A stretch of 64,000 nt of DNA from Dudresnaya verticillata. Lineage: Eukaryota. The DNA lies in contig OZ374558.1 of NCBI GenBank assembly GCA_977862235.1, forward strand, positions 620,001 through 684,000, written 5' to 3'. The position numbers and the translations under genes are program-made. Positions within the stretch are counted from its first letter, which is position 1; each line of letters begins with the position of its first letter. Shown piece after piece: positions 38,001-50,545 of the stretch. Under the pieces are notes generated by a model, which saw only the letters and a program-made list of their open reading frames with translations, had not been told where the DNA came from and searched no databases.

Positions 38001-39746
38001 ACTGCTATGCGACCGTCCGCAACTGCGTAACCTGCGCTAAGAATCGCGTATTGCTGCGAAAGAACCAAGCAACTGAAGTTGTTCCAGGCAACCGAGCCTC
38101 TCGAATTCGTATCGATCGACATCCTGGGCGAACTCATATGCACGAAGCGAGGAAACAAGTTCCTACTCCTCATTGTGGACCGCTTCTCGAAGCTGGTCCG
38201 GACGGTCCCACTGCGTAGTATTACGGCATTGGAAATCGCTAAGGCGTTTGTACGACATTGGGTCTTCGTGTACGGTCCTCCCAAGAAACTCTTGTCCGAC
38301 AACGGACCACAGTTTGTGGCTAAGCTGTTTCAGGATATCTGCCGTCTTTTGGGAGTGGGGAATCTCTTCACCACGACGTACCATCCGCAATGCAATGGCC
38401 AGGTAGAACGATTCAATCGAACTATCCTGGCCTCGCTGCGTCACTACGTTGCGGATCATCTGAGAGACTGGGATCTGTTCACGGATGCCTTGACGTTCGC
38501 ATACAACACCCAGTTGCATTCGTCTACGCATCTCGCTCCGTTTGAATTGGTGCTGTCTAAGCCACCACGGCCATTTTTGCTCGAAGCGGAACCGTCGCTC
38601 GAAAGCGTACCCACCGCGGGGCAATAATACACCAAGTGGCGAACGTGGTTGGCCGCACTGATGGGAACCGCTAAAGCGTCGTACGAGAAAACTCAAGCAC
38701 GTTACAAACGGAACTTCGATACCCGATTAAGGAAATTGAAGGAAGCAATCGCCGTAGGCGACTTCTTATTCGTACGTAAGGAATACTTCGCCCGCGGCGG
38801 GAGCACGGATCGCGCAGAGCGTAAGCATAAGTTGGCGCCAGTGGCGGACGGACCATATTGGGTAACTCACGTTGAGAACGAGACCGTAACCGTCGAAAAG
38901 GGACGTGACGAGCGGGAACGTTTGTCCCGAGACCGCGTGGTCTGGGCTCCGACCCCACCGGGTCAAGCGGCCCCTCCAATCGTCGTACCAACAGGCCCGC
39001 CTGAGGAGCAGGAAGCAGTCGCCCCCACGTCACAAGACGAAGGGACGACTACCCCGGGCATGCCACCAGCGGACCCGGAGGGGGACGCAGAGACTTCGCA
39101 TACTGCGGGAGATCCGCAGGAGCACACAATTGCAACGTCACGCAGTAGTGGGTTGGCAGAGCTTTCGTACTTCGCCGCCGACCCCGACGACCGCGCTTCG
39201 CAATCCGTCTCCAACGACGACAATACCCCAGGGGTTCGCACCCGTTTGGAACACGTCGCTACGGCACCGCCGAATGAGAACAATGACTGCGCTGAAAGCG
39301 CGTCCGATAACGAAGACGTTAACCGTGTAAGCACGAAGCAAGGCACTGCAAGCGATGGACTCGTCTCAAGACGCAGCAACCCACTGACCGCTGATCGAGC
39401 GTCCGAGGCCCAAGGCCAACGCCTTCGGCGATCAACTCGTTGAGTACGCTTCTCCGAACCGGAGCAGACGCCCATCACGCAACGCGACGAACCGCCAAAG
39501 GCGCTGGAAGGGCCCACGTCCAAGCCGAACGCTGTGAGCGGGAAAGAATGCGTGATCGAACGCATCGAGTCGCACGCGTACGCGGGTGATGATGAGATCC
39601 TCTACCGTGTCAAGTGGTTTGGATACCCTGCTTCAGCGAACACCTGGGAGCCAGTCTCCAGTTTGCCGCGATCCCACGTCACACGGTACCACCGTCGAAA
39701 ACGTACACAGCTGCCGCCAAACGTCGACGACGCGCAGCGCGGCTAA
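35028..39746 (+). pseudogene. pol: pol of element C: protease, RT, RNase H, integrase, chromodomain
   Basis: LDTGAGPNFI, YLDD, TDHSSL, SIDILGEL, NGQVERFN, GPY, and chromodomain VIERIESH...YRVKWFGYPASANTWEP (39534-39746). Multiple stops and frameshifts. Confidence 0.95.
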
Positions 39747-41298
39747 CCCTAATCCGGAAATACCGCTGGAAGCGAATGGACGGACGATCGAGACCGCGTG
39801 CTCGACCTACGATCGCCAAAGGCGCGGAAGCTCAACCCATGGCCTGTGGACGCGGTCGCCAGAGCGACAGCGCCAAACACGTTTGCGCGCCATGGACGAA
39901 CGCGGACGCAAGTCGTTGCGTCATAGACAGCCAAGCGCACTTCACCTCGCAGCAGCCCCCATACGGAACTTCTGGATGGGCGCGCTGTTGACAATGGATC
40001 CAGATCGCAAATCCAGATCCGCCGCCCGCGCCCCTCGGGTAATAGGAGGAGGTATTTGGTCAAATTTTAATTTCCAAACACGGCAGCGTGCACCACCCCG
40101 CCGTCAACGCACGACGAACGCAATCATGCCAAGTGACTGAGCAGGTGCTACGAGCCCCAGCGACGACAGGCGCAAGTGGCAGCGCGCAACAACCGTCTCC
40201 GACGTCGAGATGTGCACTCGCCCCACGGCCAAGTCTCTGGGACCACCACCCTGCCGGCCACCGTCTCGCGCGAAAGCACCCGTCGAACGTCTCCAACGTA
40301 ACTCGCCGAAAAAGGGGCGCACCGACAAACCCACCCCCGAAGGGGGGAGGTGGTTGAAGACGCAGTTGCCGTGGGTTCCGTGCACGACGCGCCAACAAAT
40401 CGCCAACGACTCCGCCGCTGCCCGCGGCTGCCGCGGTCGCAGTCGCGCGAGCGCGACCACCCTACCCTACCCCCAAGGAGGAACGTCGAAGATGAAAGGG
40501 GCGGCAACGCAAAGGCGTCAACACCTACCTCATCGCCTTCGCGACCCTCGTCCAGGACGCCGACAAACCACGCCCAAGGCGCAGCGCGACACATGCATTA
40601 CAAAAACGCTAAGTCAGCGGAAATACGCCAACAGCCGCACGTGCAACACGACGAACAACGCTACGACAGCGGACCCTACCCGCCAAACACAGCCAAGTGC
40701 CAACGCATGGCTAAGGCTAATGGAATCAGACGCCAACGCTACTGTAGCGGGCAATCACGAAAACGACGCATGGTCGAAGTGGGACCACAGGGCACACCTT
40801 AAGACCAACGGGAAACGCGACACGGGAAGACGCTGACAATGGCCGAAGTTTACGGGGCTTTAAACGGACGGGGACAACCCCTCGTCCTCGCTAACAAACG
40901 ACCATTACAGCTACACTAATCGTTAATGACGACGAGAACAACGCCTCAGGCGCACTACACAACGCTAACGCAGCGAGCAACGAGGGGGAGTACAACGCCC
41001 AGATCACGTCGCCACGACGAGACAAGGATTTCGCTGACGCGCCCGCAACACTCGTCGGCAAAGACGCGACGGCCGCGGCAAGACGAAAACAAACTACGTT
41101 ATCAACGATGCAATTTATTGGGGTAAGCAACGAGGAACCCCCGCACCCAAACTCCAAGCCACGGCGGCTAACGCCGCAGGACATTCCACATTACTCGTCA
41201 ACAACGTATGATCCCCTACCTGCCGACTCCGCAAGGGAGCCGACAAGGTACGACAATGCTCTCACCACCGCCTTTCGCCCCAAACGACGCCGACTACG

Positions 41299-43659
41299 TC
41301 ACGTCGCAGGCGGCTTCGCTGAGCCCACAGCACCATCGCCCTCGGCGGACTCCCTCAATGCCTCTTCATAGAGGTCATCTTCCGTCACCGACGGCAAACC
41401 CACAGCAGTAGCTGGGACGGACCGCAAAGGCACCGCCACCACTGTCGCTGAAGGAGTATCACGCGCCACTGGCGAAGCGTCCGACTCACCGCCTGCATTA
41501 GACGGCGAAGCCTCTTTGGCTTTGACAACCGCCGATGGCGTAGAACCAAGTCGATCACTCGCCTCCGGCGCTGCCACGACAATATCCGCCACAGGCGATG
41601 AAGCAACAACATACGCCATAGGCGCAGAGCTCAAGCTATCGTTCGCCTTAGGCGCGGGCACAGCCCCATCCGCTTTAAGCGCAGTCAACGACTCATCGAC
41701 CGCCTTTGGCGTAAGTTCAGAAACCGCCTCGATTGGCGTCGCCTCTTCACTAGCCTTCGGCGTTGTTAACCCGACACTCGTCACTGACGCAGGAGCACCT
41801 AGCCCGTTCGGAGCCGTCAACGACGCAATAGCAGCATTCGCTTGGCTCGCCGCAGGCGGTACAGTCATACTCACGTCTTTAGACGCTGGAGCATTCGCCT
41901 TAGGCGACGAAGGCTTCTCTGCCACACCTTCCTTCGACGCAGAGTCTACGACAATAGTCGACTTCGGAGCGGGCCCACCCTGAGGTGGAACCGCAGCCGA
42001 CAAAGATTGGCTCATCCACTCTGAGGGTGAGCCGCTCAGACGGCTAGTAGCGACGCCAGCAGCCCGCAATAACGCAAGCACGGTGCGGCGCTGTTATTCG
42101 GTCGAAACCGGCACCGAAGCTGGACTTCCTGAACCGTCTACGACGTTTGATACTTCGCCTTGAGGCGTTACGGTCGGCGCAGCCGACTCAAATATTGGCG
42201 TCGCCATAAAGGCATCGCCATCATCGTAAGCGACGGGAGCCGAAAGGTCCAGAGGTGCAACAGCTGGCAGGCCAGCTGGCACTCCACCGCCACCGACAGA
42301 ACCTCCGGGCAAAGCCGATGGTGTGGGTGCAGCCTCGGCAGACGACTCAACCGCCATAGGCGTAGCGACATCCGTCCCAGACGGGTTCCCCGGTTCTCCA
42401 TCGGCGTTAAACGCACCCTCCACGGCCATTAAGGCACTCAAATGCGGAGGAAAATCGCCGACAAAGTCGCAGCTCTTACGCAAACCACGCGGATGATTAC
42501 CCGGGGTGAAGCGGTCCGTTTTGCGATGGCGCTCCGCAACATTCTTCGTCGTACGACGCTTAGTCCATGGATTATAATGGATCCAATCGCCACAGGCGGA
42601 GTGAATACGACTCATCGTGAATCGCGGACTGTTCGCCTTACGGCGGTTGTTCGCATACGGCACCATCGCCGGATCGTTCCAATCGATCTCATCCGCAACA
42701 GCGCGCAGGTTCCAGAACTCCTCGGCGTTCCGGTAACCGCCAAATATTTCGACCAAGTCGAGGCTACCAAGCTGGGCCACCACACGCGGGGGTAGATGGT
42801 ACATACGGAAGGTGTCATACGCCTCCCATAACCACGCATATGCCACGTTGGCGACCCACTCCGTGTAAAACACGATCCAATACCTGGAATACAGGTCGGT
42901 CATCAGCTCGGAACCAAGAGACGTGACATTTGGGGGGAGCTCTACGGCGAAACCCTCGCATATCTCAAACTCTCGCCATACAGGCGGTACCTTCACGAAA
43001 CAGAAGGGTAACTTACTACGCTCAATGCGATCGACCTGCATGTCCTGGTAAGGTACTAATACGCCCTTTAGGCGACGCGTCTCGCACTCCCACCGGATAC
43101 AACGCTCCCAAAAGAACGTATCCGTACGATGCAAGTAACGGAAATCCGCTTTCAAGCGTACGCCTAATAGGTAAGCCTCTCCCAACACACGGGGTTCAAT
43201 CGACACGCTCACATGTTTGAGCGATAGCGTCCCGAGACGAGCACCATATTCGGTCTCGCCGGCTGTGCGATATTTCTCCGCATCATAATTGAACAGGGGC
43301 GGCGTTAACGTCGACCCCGGATAACGCGTGAAACAACGATAAAAGTTTGAGACGAACTGCGCGTGGACTTCCGCACCCGATTGTCCCGCTCGCACCCAAA
43401 GCCATTCCGCAGGAACGGCACAGCGCAACTTCCATTCCAACGTCCAGACGACGCCAAGGGGCAGGCCCCCCGACAAGAAACCGCTAGTAGCGTAATGAGC
43501 GACCAGTTCCTCCTCGCGCAAAGCCTCCTGGTCAAACCAGGGGGCCCGCGCGAAGAAATGCGCGTGATCGCGAGGGTTCTTCCCGAAGAAGTCGACCGGC
43601 GAAGCGTACACCGGCGTAGCCGAGGGCGCCGCCACCTGCATGCCATTGAACATCGGCAT
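41299..43659 (-). pseudogene. Antisense accessory ORF of element C, unknown function (one frame, one premature stop)
   Basis: ORFs 42094-43707 and 41299-42081 are in frame; first ATG at 43659. Homologous to the A, B and D copies. AATAAA on the minus strand at 41114-41119. Confidence 0.88.
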
Positions 43660-44135
43660 GACGTCAACGACGAGAATATGTTCGCGCCGTCGGCGATGCC
43701 TGTACAAACGTCAAAGACGACTCTTGTTCTGCGCCACTGGCGAAAGCTTCAAGAAGCGTGCGTCGAAGACGATTACTGTTGTAACGCCTCAGGCGAGGAA
43801 AAGAAACCCACGTCAACGACGTTCAGTTGCTGCGCCACTGGCGATGCCAAAGGCAAACGACGTCGATGACGATTAAGTTGCGACGCCCCAGGCGAGGGAT
43901 ATCCGATAGACGTCAGCGACGGAGATCGTTATGCGCCACAGGCAGTGATGTCGGGGCAGCGTCAACGCAGTCGCACAGGCACAAGCACGCAACAAGAGCG
44001 AAGTTCTTACGGCACAGCCGGGGTCGCAACGAACACGCGGGCGCACCAACACAAGACGCGAAGGCGTGAGAGTTGGCAGTAACGAAGCGGGAGTGCGCAC
44101 GGCAGCAGGTTGAGGGTCGGACATGTTCGCGTTTT

Positions 44136-44144
44136 GGAGGGGGG
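44136..44144 (+). promoter_or_regulatory. Polypurine tract of element C
   Basis: GGAGGGGGG, 3 nt before the TG of the 3' LTR. Confidence 0.8.
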
Positions 44145-44147
44145 TCT

Positions 44148-45051
44148 TGTGGTGCAAGGGGAGGTGAGCCCTTTTTCGCTGAAAGCGGGCAACAACAAAT
44201 ACGTCGATCGACGGAGAAACCGCCACCGGCGCTCACCACCGCCATTGGCGCGCGAACACGTCATCGACGGCTCACTGGGGCGCGCGCGCACGCTGCGCGC
44301 CGCGCGCCACGCGGGCACTGTACGGTGATGGGCCGACATGGCGCCCCGGGGCACTGTAATACGGATCCACATGGGATCCGGATCCGGTATCCAGATTGGC
44401 CATCCGGATCGCCTGAGCTGTAAGATACGCGCCTGTAAGGCTGCGAGTGCTCGCATTGCTGGCCCGGGTCCGGACGGGATCGGGATCGGACAAGTATCGG
44501 ATTGGATCCAAGGCGCACGCTCTACAGTACACGCGCGCGCACAGCTGTAAGGCACACGCGTCCACGGGTGTATGTAAGCGCCCACGCAGGGGGTTGCGCG
44601 GCAACCTCTCAGGCGCGCGGCTGCATGCGATGAGTGATCTGTCAGACGCGCCTCGGGACGACACGTGTCCCGAGTTCCCGCGCTACGCACACGCACCGCC
44701 GCCGCCGCACCGCCGTACTATACTTGGGTAAGCCGTCCCAGACGTAGCAGTAAACGCCCGGGCAAGCCGGCCTTGGTCCAGACTTCCCCGTTCCGCACGC
44801 GCGTACCCTACCGCTGCCTACGGCTCAAGCGTCTACCTCCCGTGCTTCCACGTCCATCACCGTCCTTGAAGTGTTTCCCTTTTGTTCCCTTTTTCCTTCC
44901 TTTCCGCCTCGGGCGTCTACAGTCCGCCCAAGGCGTGTCCTCTGCTCTACCACAAGCCGCGCAAGGCGAGGCTACTCACCGCCACGGGCGCAGCTACCCA
45001 CCGAGCCCCGAACTGCTCGGCGGTGCACCGTCTTCAGACGTTTGCACCACA
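44148..45051 (+). repeat. 3' LTR of element C
   Basis: TGTGGTGCAA...TTGCACCACA is a perfect 10-bp terminal inverted repeat; homologous to 31443-32341. Confidence 0.92.
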
Positions 45052-46637
45052 AGTCGAGAGTTTTAACGAGAACCTTGTCCAGCGGTTACGTCATTACGCA
45101 GTGGATCATCAACGTGACTGGGACAGCTAAGTGCATCCGCTCACATATGCGTATAACCTTCAGGTTCACCACTCTACTGGTACTACGCCCTTTGAACTCG
45201 TCCTATCCCGGCCACCTTCGGATATACCTCTACAAGGTTCTCCCACATCGCTTCTAACCAGTCAATTGGATTCTCAATTCACCGCAGCCGCTGTTAGGCG
45301 TTTAACCCTTCGGAAACTTCAACAGGCCATTGCTACCACTAAGGGCACCCTCACGGTTGCCCAACAACAGTACAAACATGCCTTTCATACCTCCGTGGCA
45401 CGACCCTTTTCGGTTACTGTTGGAGCTTGCGTCTACCTCGATCGCCCTAAATTCACTAAACGCCAAGTAGGTGAACGTGTGGTGAAGCGGCCGATGTGGA
45501 GTGCCGACGACGGTTGAGCCGACTCGCGACCGGCGCCCCGGTGAGCTGGCGCCAAAATCCGAACGGGAGTGCAGCGACACAGTGGCACTGTACGCCTTGC
45601 TGGAGTCTGCGTGCACCACCAATAGGAGCCAAGTAGTTGATTTATTTGTAATTAGGTAATTGTAATGATGCTGTACAGTACGTAGTGTCAGCCGGCCAAT
45701 GAGAATGCCGAGCATGTCCGCAACGGTGACCGGGACCAGTAGGACCGGACCCACCGGTGGCCCAGACCCATTGGGGTCTGGTCCACACGGACCGGACCGC
45801 GGGCGTATCTCCCAGTATATTAATGCGTGGCCACCGCGAGTCCTACAGTAAACGGGCACGCAACCCTGGGCAAAGTGACTTACCCTTAGCCTTACCCTCA
45901 TACTCCTTTACGGTTTCCCCTCGCCAGCCCCGTGCACGGATTCCTCTTACCTCCGTCCCGGTGTAGCTGCCCTGGAACTGTACCGTCCCCCTTGTCTGTT
46001 GTGTCCCTTTACTCCTTACAGGTGTTGCCGCTCGAGGTACTCCCTTCGGTCTACGAACTAAGCTCTACTACCCCGGTGCCGTGTGAGATCACTCCTTATT
46101 GGGATTGCCTGATCAGCTCTCCTTACAGGTGTGCCTTTCACTTCAACAGAACGACAGGCTTCCCTCGTCGATCCTGCTGAGGAGCAAAACCTTTCACGGA
46201 AACTTTTGCGCAAAGCGACCGGACCCTTTTTGGTTACAGCCGTTCATGCCAACCATACGGTCACCATTAAGCAATACGGGCTCTTTAATACCGTCTCGCA
46301 AGACCACATTTCGGTTGACCCTCATTGTGGTCCCCGCACGGGCTAACCACGAGGGTATTCAGGATCCACCATCGGCTCCTACGCCGACTACATCGCAAAC
46401 CCACTCGGATTACTATACGGTTGACCATTGGTTACGCACCGTGTCTCCAATTGTGGGTACCAATACAAGGTTCGCTGGTATGGTTACGCCCCCATTCCTG
46501 ATACTTGGGAACCGCCCGCACACATCCCGCACAACTTTGTGTTACGCTACTGGCGCCGGCTTGACCAGACGCCACCGCCCGGAGCTGGGGGGTGTAGGTT
46601 TCGTAGACTTTCGCGGACTTTAAAATATCCATCGTGA
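45052..46637 (+). pseudogene. pol: Integrase C-terminal part and chromodomain of element D, split by a solo LTR
   Basis: VESFNENLVQRLRHY..QRDWD, LTYAYN..HHSTGTTPFELV, KLLRKATGPF, YKVRWYGYAPIPDTWEP. The reading KRQVGER|QASLVDP rejoins across the TSD. Confidence 0.9.
45478..46148 (+). mobile_element. Solo LTR (671 bp), TSD GAACG
   Basis: TGTGGTGAAG...CTTCAACA flanked by GAACG at 45473-45477 and 46149-46153. The core is similar to ~51900-52080. Confidence 0.9.
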
Positions 46638-46883
46638 AACGTCACTCAGAGAGTTATGGCCACCCGATCAGAAGGCCACGCGATTGCCTTATCCCATGGA
46701 GGCAAACGAAACGGCACCATGTCCGTCCCTCTTCCTTTCTTCTATTTATTTTACGCTGTTTATGTACAGTACTACTGTACTCTCACAGAAACTAAGTCAA
46801 TGGAGAACCACACAGGGAGATACAACACAGGACACAAGATGTTTTACTGGACACTCTTAAGATCACCCATGAGGTTCTTCTAC

Positions 46884-49180
46884 TCAGAATATATACTGGT
46901 AACGCGAGCGCTTCTCGCCCGACCCATCGATCTCGCCCGAGCGTGAAGCCGCCAGGCGGCGGGGTTGGAAAGACGAAGCCTGAGGCGCTACCACTGGGGT
47001 AACAACTCCAGGAGTCGCCTCTCGAAAAGCCGCCGGACCAACTACCTCCACAGCCGAAGTCTCCATGAGCTGAGACACCTGATAGGTAGAAGGTCCGGCC
47101 CCAGTGGTCTGCCCGTCCTCAAACACAGCGGTTACCTCTTGGGTAGCAGCTCGACGCGCTGGAACTTCTGGAGTTGTACTCGTTGGGTCCGAAGCCAGCG
47201 GATCACCAGTTGGGTAATTGGCTGTCTGAGCTAGAGCCCCCTGAGCCTTAGTTCTGAGATTCAGTTCGCTCTGATGCATAACCATACGGGTGAACTTCTT
47301 GCACGACGTAGCGAAGCTCATTGTGTTCTGTGGCATCGCCGCCGCCATACTCGCGAGAGGCGACTTGACGGTCACCACTTCGGTTCCGAGGAGATCCCTC
47401 GCTGCCGTATGGTTGTTCAGCTGATCAATTTGAAAGTTACCCATCCGGGTCACCTCGCGAAGTAACCACTTGAGGAGTGCCTCTTTAGGAACCCACTCAA
47501 GGGCAGCATCAAAGGCTTCCTCTACGGTCTCCGGAACGGGTACCTTCGCGTCGCGGCAAGCCTCCTTAAGTAGCTCAACCCTAAGGTGAACCGAGGAAGG
47601 TAGCGTAATCCCTGAAGCAACCGTCGTGGTGCCAGAAGGGCCACCTGGTTGACCCACCGGGGTAGCTCGTGAAGTCGCAATTTCTGGGGTCGTCAATCCG
47701 GACGTAGCCACAGGCGCGACCACAGTTGGTAGCTTCGGAAGGGTTGCTCGCACAGGTGTCGCCGATCGTCGACCACACATGTGCGTCATCGTCGCCGGTG
47801 TTACTCCTGGATCCGGAGCCGCTCGACGCGCTCCGATACCCGGTGGAGCAGCCCTCACCCGATAGCTATCGCCACGGGCCTCACGAACCCGATCGGGAAA
47901 ACCTCCATAGGTCGTCGCATCTGGTTCTTCGTCCACAAGGTTCCTCGCCGAGCTTGGCGTAACCTCACTCCAACCCCGATGGTTATCATATGGTTGCTCA
48001 AAGGAGTACAGTGGGGGACCAGGACGGTTATCCACAAGGTGGCGCCTACCATGACGGTCAACCGCTTCGGAAACGCCGCCGTCATAGGCAATCCAGGCCT
48101 CGCCGGCAGCCCACTTGAAGGTCTCCGTGGCGGTCAGCAGCCCCGCCAAATATTCACCAGCAAAGTTACTCCCCTCAACAATACGGTCAACCCCAAGGGT
48201 GCGGATGGACTCGATGAGTGTCTTCGGGAGGCAAAAGAGTCGACCATCAGGGAGACCATCTTGAGCGTGGTAACCATCCTCGGTATACGGTGTCACTTCG
48301 CACATGCCAGAATGGGTGGCGTGCAGAAATGCTAATGCCACGTGGAGAACCTGTTCGGTTTTGGCTATTGACCATACTGGGTAATACCACTTCGAAGATC
48401 GGTCACGAGCGTCAGCGCCATAATAGGCCAGAACGCCTGGAGTTAGAGACGGCAACGAACGCGGGCCTTCAATGGTATGCCAACAGTTGAGTTTCTTGGC
48501 GTAGTGTTCTCGGCGCCGGCCCAAAGGGAGATTCCACATCTCAACGTTATGGAAACCTGCGAGGAGACCATCTGCACGGTTTCGGATGCGCGTCTCCGTC
48601 CAAATATTCACGGCCCACCACTCCGTCAACCACAACAGCTCAGGAAAGGGCTTGGCTTCCATTAATAACTCGGGGAGTAACTTGATTCCCTTCACCCACT
48701 TGTTGCCTTCAAGCTAGTCATGGACTCTTGGAACGTAATCTTCTTCAAAACCAACACGGTACCACTTGAGGTCACACCCGTTATGGCGTGGCAAGAGGGT
48801 GCTCGGCGGACAGTGACGCAGACGTGCGACCCACTGCGACTCGCGGTTTCCTTCAGGGACGGTGCGAAACCGATAGGTACCCGCATTGGTGCCCAAGAGG
48901 CAGACCTGCAGTGGAAACGTCTGGAGTACCTCTGCGTTGGAGAGGGAGGGCAAGAATCGGTAGTTGACCGAGGGGGAGGATTCAGCCATCGCGGCGTAGT
49001 ACCCTCCGCGGGGGACGCAAGGCGTGACTCGAAAGACGATGGGTGGATCGGAGAGACGACGCCGGCGCTGGGGCGAGAGACGTTGAGTTGGTTGCGCCTG
49101 ACGTGGGACCATATTGGAAAAGACTTTGAGGTGATGATACACTTGAGAAGAAGTACCGGTGAACTCGGGATCGATTGCAT
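46884..49180 (-). pseudogene. Antisense accessory ORF of element D, unknown function
   Basis: The 603-aa ORF 46884-48695 is in frame with 48714-49142 across one stop; start approximate. KTEQVLHVALAFL and RLFCLPKTLIESIRTLGVDRIVEG...ETFKW align to C (YTEWVANVAYAWL; RMYHLPPRVVAQLGSLDLVEIFGG...DEIDW). AATAAA on the minus strand at 46745-46750. Confidence 0.75.
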
Positions 49181-49779
49181 GCCGACGACGGTCGTGGGCG
49201 TTGAGCCGTCTGGATACCGAGTGGCTATGATTTCCCGCGAAACACGTGCAGGCTGCCCTGGCGTCCCGAGGACGGGCCGCAATCTCGCGGGGAGCTCTGT
49301 AATACAGCGAGATGGCTTACAGAAGTGGGCCCTCTACCCGCGTGTATGCGCCGAAATAGCGTTACCTATGGGGCGCCAGCAGGGACAAGACGGGTAGTCT
49401 ATGATTGGTCCAAGTGTTACCCTGTAGGTCAGCATCTTAGTATCCGTCTATCTAGTTAGAAATTATAGTTTAGGATAGGGGCGTGTATATAGCCCAGTAT
49501 GAGTGGTGCTGCCTGACACCACTCGGAGTACCGTATAAGGGTACCTCCCGGAGCGGTCACTGTACAGTAAAGGTAAGCACGTTCCGGCCCCAACAACATC
49601 CCCAAGCCATCGGCACCGCTGCACACTCGTTACCCGTGTACAGTTAGCCGCCCGCCCAGTGAACTACCTTCAGTATCGTCTTCCAATTTGGTTACGTGCC
49701 CTCGTCTACCCTTTGAGTTCCTCCCGCTATACCACCGCTACGAGGTACCCGTTCTGTGGCTATCTCAGTGATTGCAAAG

Positions 49780-50545
49780 TGTGGTACAACACTCGGGCTC
49801 CCCGCAGTGCGGGTTGATAACCCTTTTCCGCGCGACCTCGCGCTCGTCCGCGACGCGGACCGCTAAGTTGGGATCACCCATTGGCCAGTGGTCAACCACG
49901 ATAGCGGACCCGCCTCCACACGTGGGGCTTTCCCCCGCCGTCGCCTTTACAGGGCCACACTCGCCGCCTTACAGCCACCGCCACGCAAGCGCGCACGACA
50001 CGCGCAACAAGCGTGACACGTACACACGCGCGCGTCATTACATGTCTTACAGCGCGCTGGTGTCGGTGTACAGTAGGTACACTACTGTGGTGTTAGCTTA
50101 TTGTACTTCAGTGTTAGTTTATTTGATAGTGTACAGTAGCCCTAGTCGCCACCGCCGCGGCGCTGCCGCCGGCGGTGGGACTTAAGGGGCTAGGACCGAC
50201 CTCCTACAGTAAACCCAACCAAGCTTCGGCTCCACACTTAGGGTACCCCTACCTGCGTGCGCTTGGCAAGTGAAGCCATCGCGGAGCTGGGCTACGTACG
50301 CCTGTGGTGCTGACACCTTTCTCTCTTCGTGTTCACACGCTTCTGTTGTGCCAGCGCCCTCCTCTTCCGGCTTACTTGGTGTTCACACGGGCTTTTGTGT
50401 GTGTTTACAGTCCGCACACTGGGGCCTTCCCCTTGCTCTACCCTACCACGCGTGGACGCGCTCAAACGCGTCACCGCGGCTACCCTCCCACACCGAACTC
50501 GTGGGTTGTGTTGGTTGCGACCCTCATTCGGCGGATTGCACTACA
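49780..50545 (+). mobile_element. Isolated LTR without matching TSD
   Basis: TGTGGTACAA...TTGCACTACA; homologous, in inverted orientation, to 50654-51318. Flanks CAAAG / CACTG. Confidence 0.8.

Larger units (their letters stand above)
31443..45051 (+). mobile_element. Structurally complete Gypsy chromovirus-type element C (13.6 kb, probably recombinant)
   Basis: 5' LTR, PBS, gag, pol with chromodomain, antisense ORF, PPT and 3' LTR. No matching TSD (GATAC / AGTCG). Confidence 0.92.
45052..49779 (+). mobile_element. Remnant of Gypsy chromovirus-type element D (integrase end, chromodomain, antisense ORF)
   Basis: Bounded on both sides by LTRs of other elements; same pol-then-antisense-ORF layout as A-C. 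Confidence 0.8.

Noticed and set aside
39750..41290. Additional gene(s) between pol and the antisense ORF of C (e.g. 40210-40836)
   Set aside because: Low-complexity ORFs with no motif and no counterpart in A, B or D.
12482..49180. Antisense ORFs as retroviral env genes
   Set aside because: They lie on the strand opposite to gag-pol and show no clear signal peptide, furin/fusion peptide arrangement or C-terminal membrane anchor.
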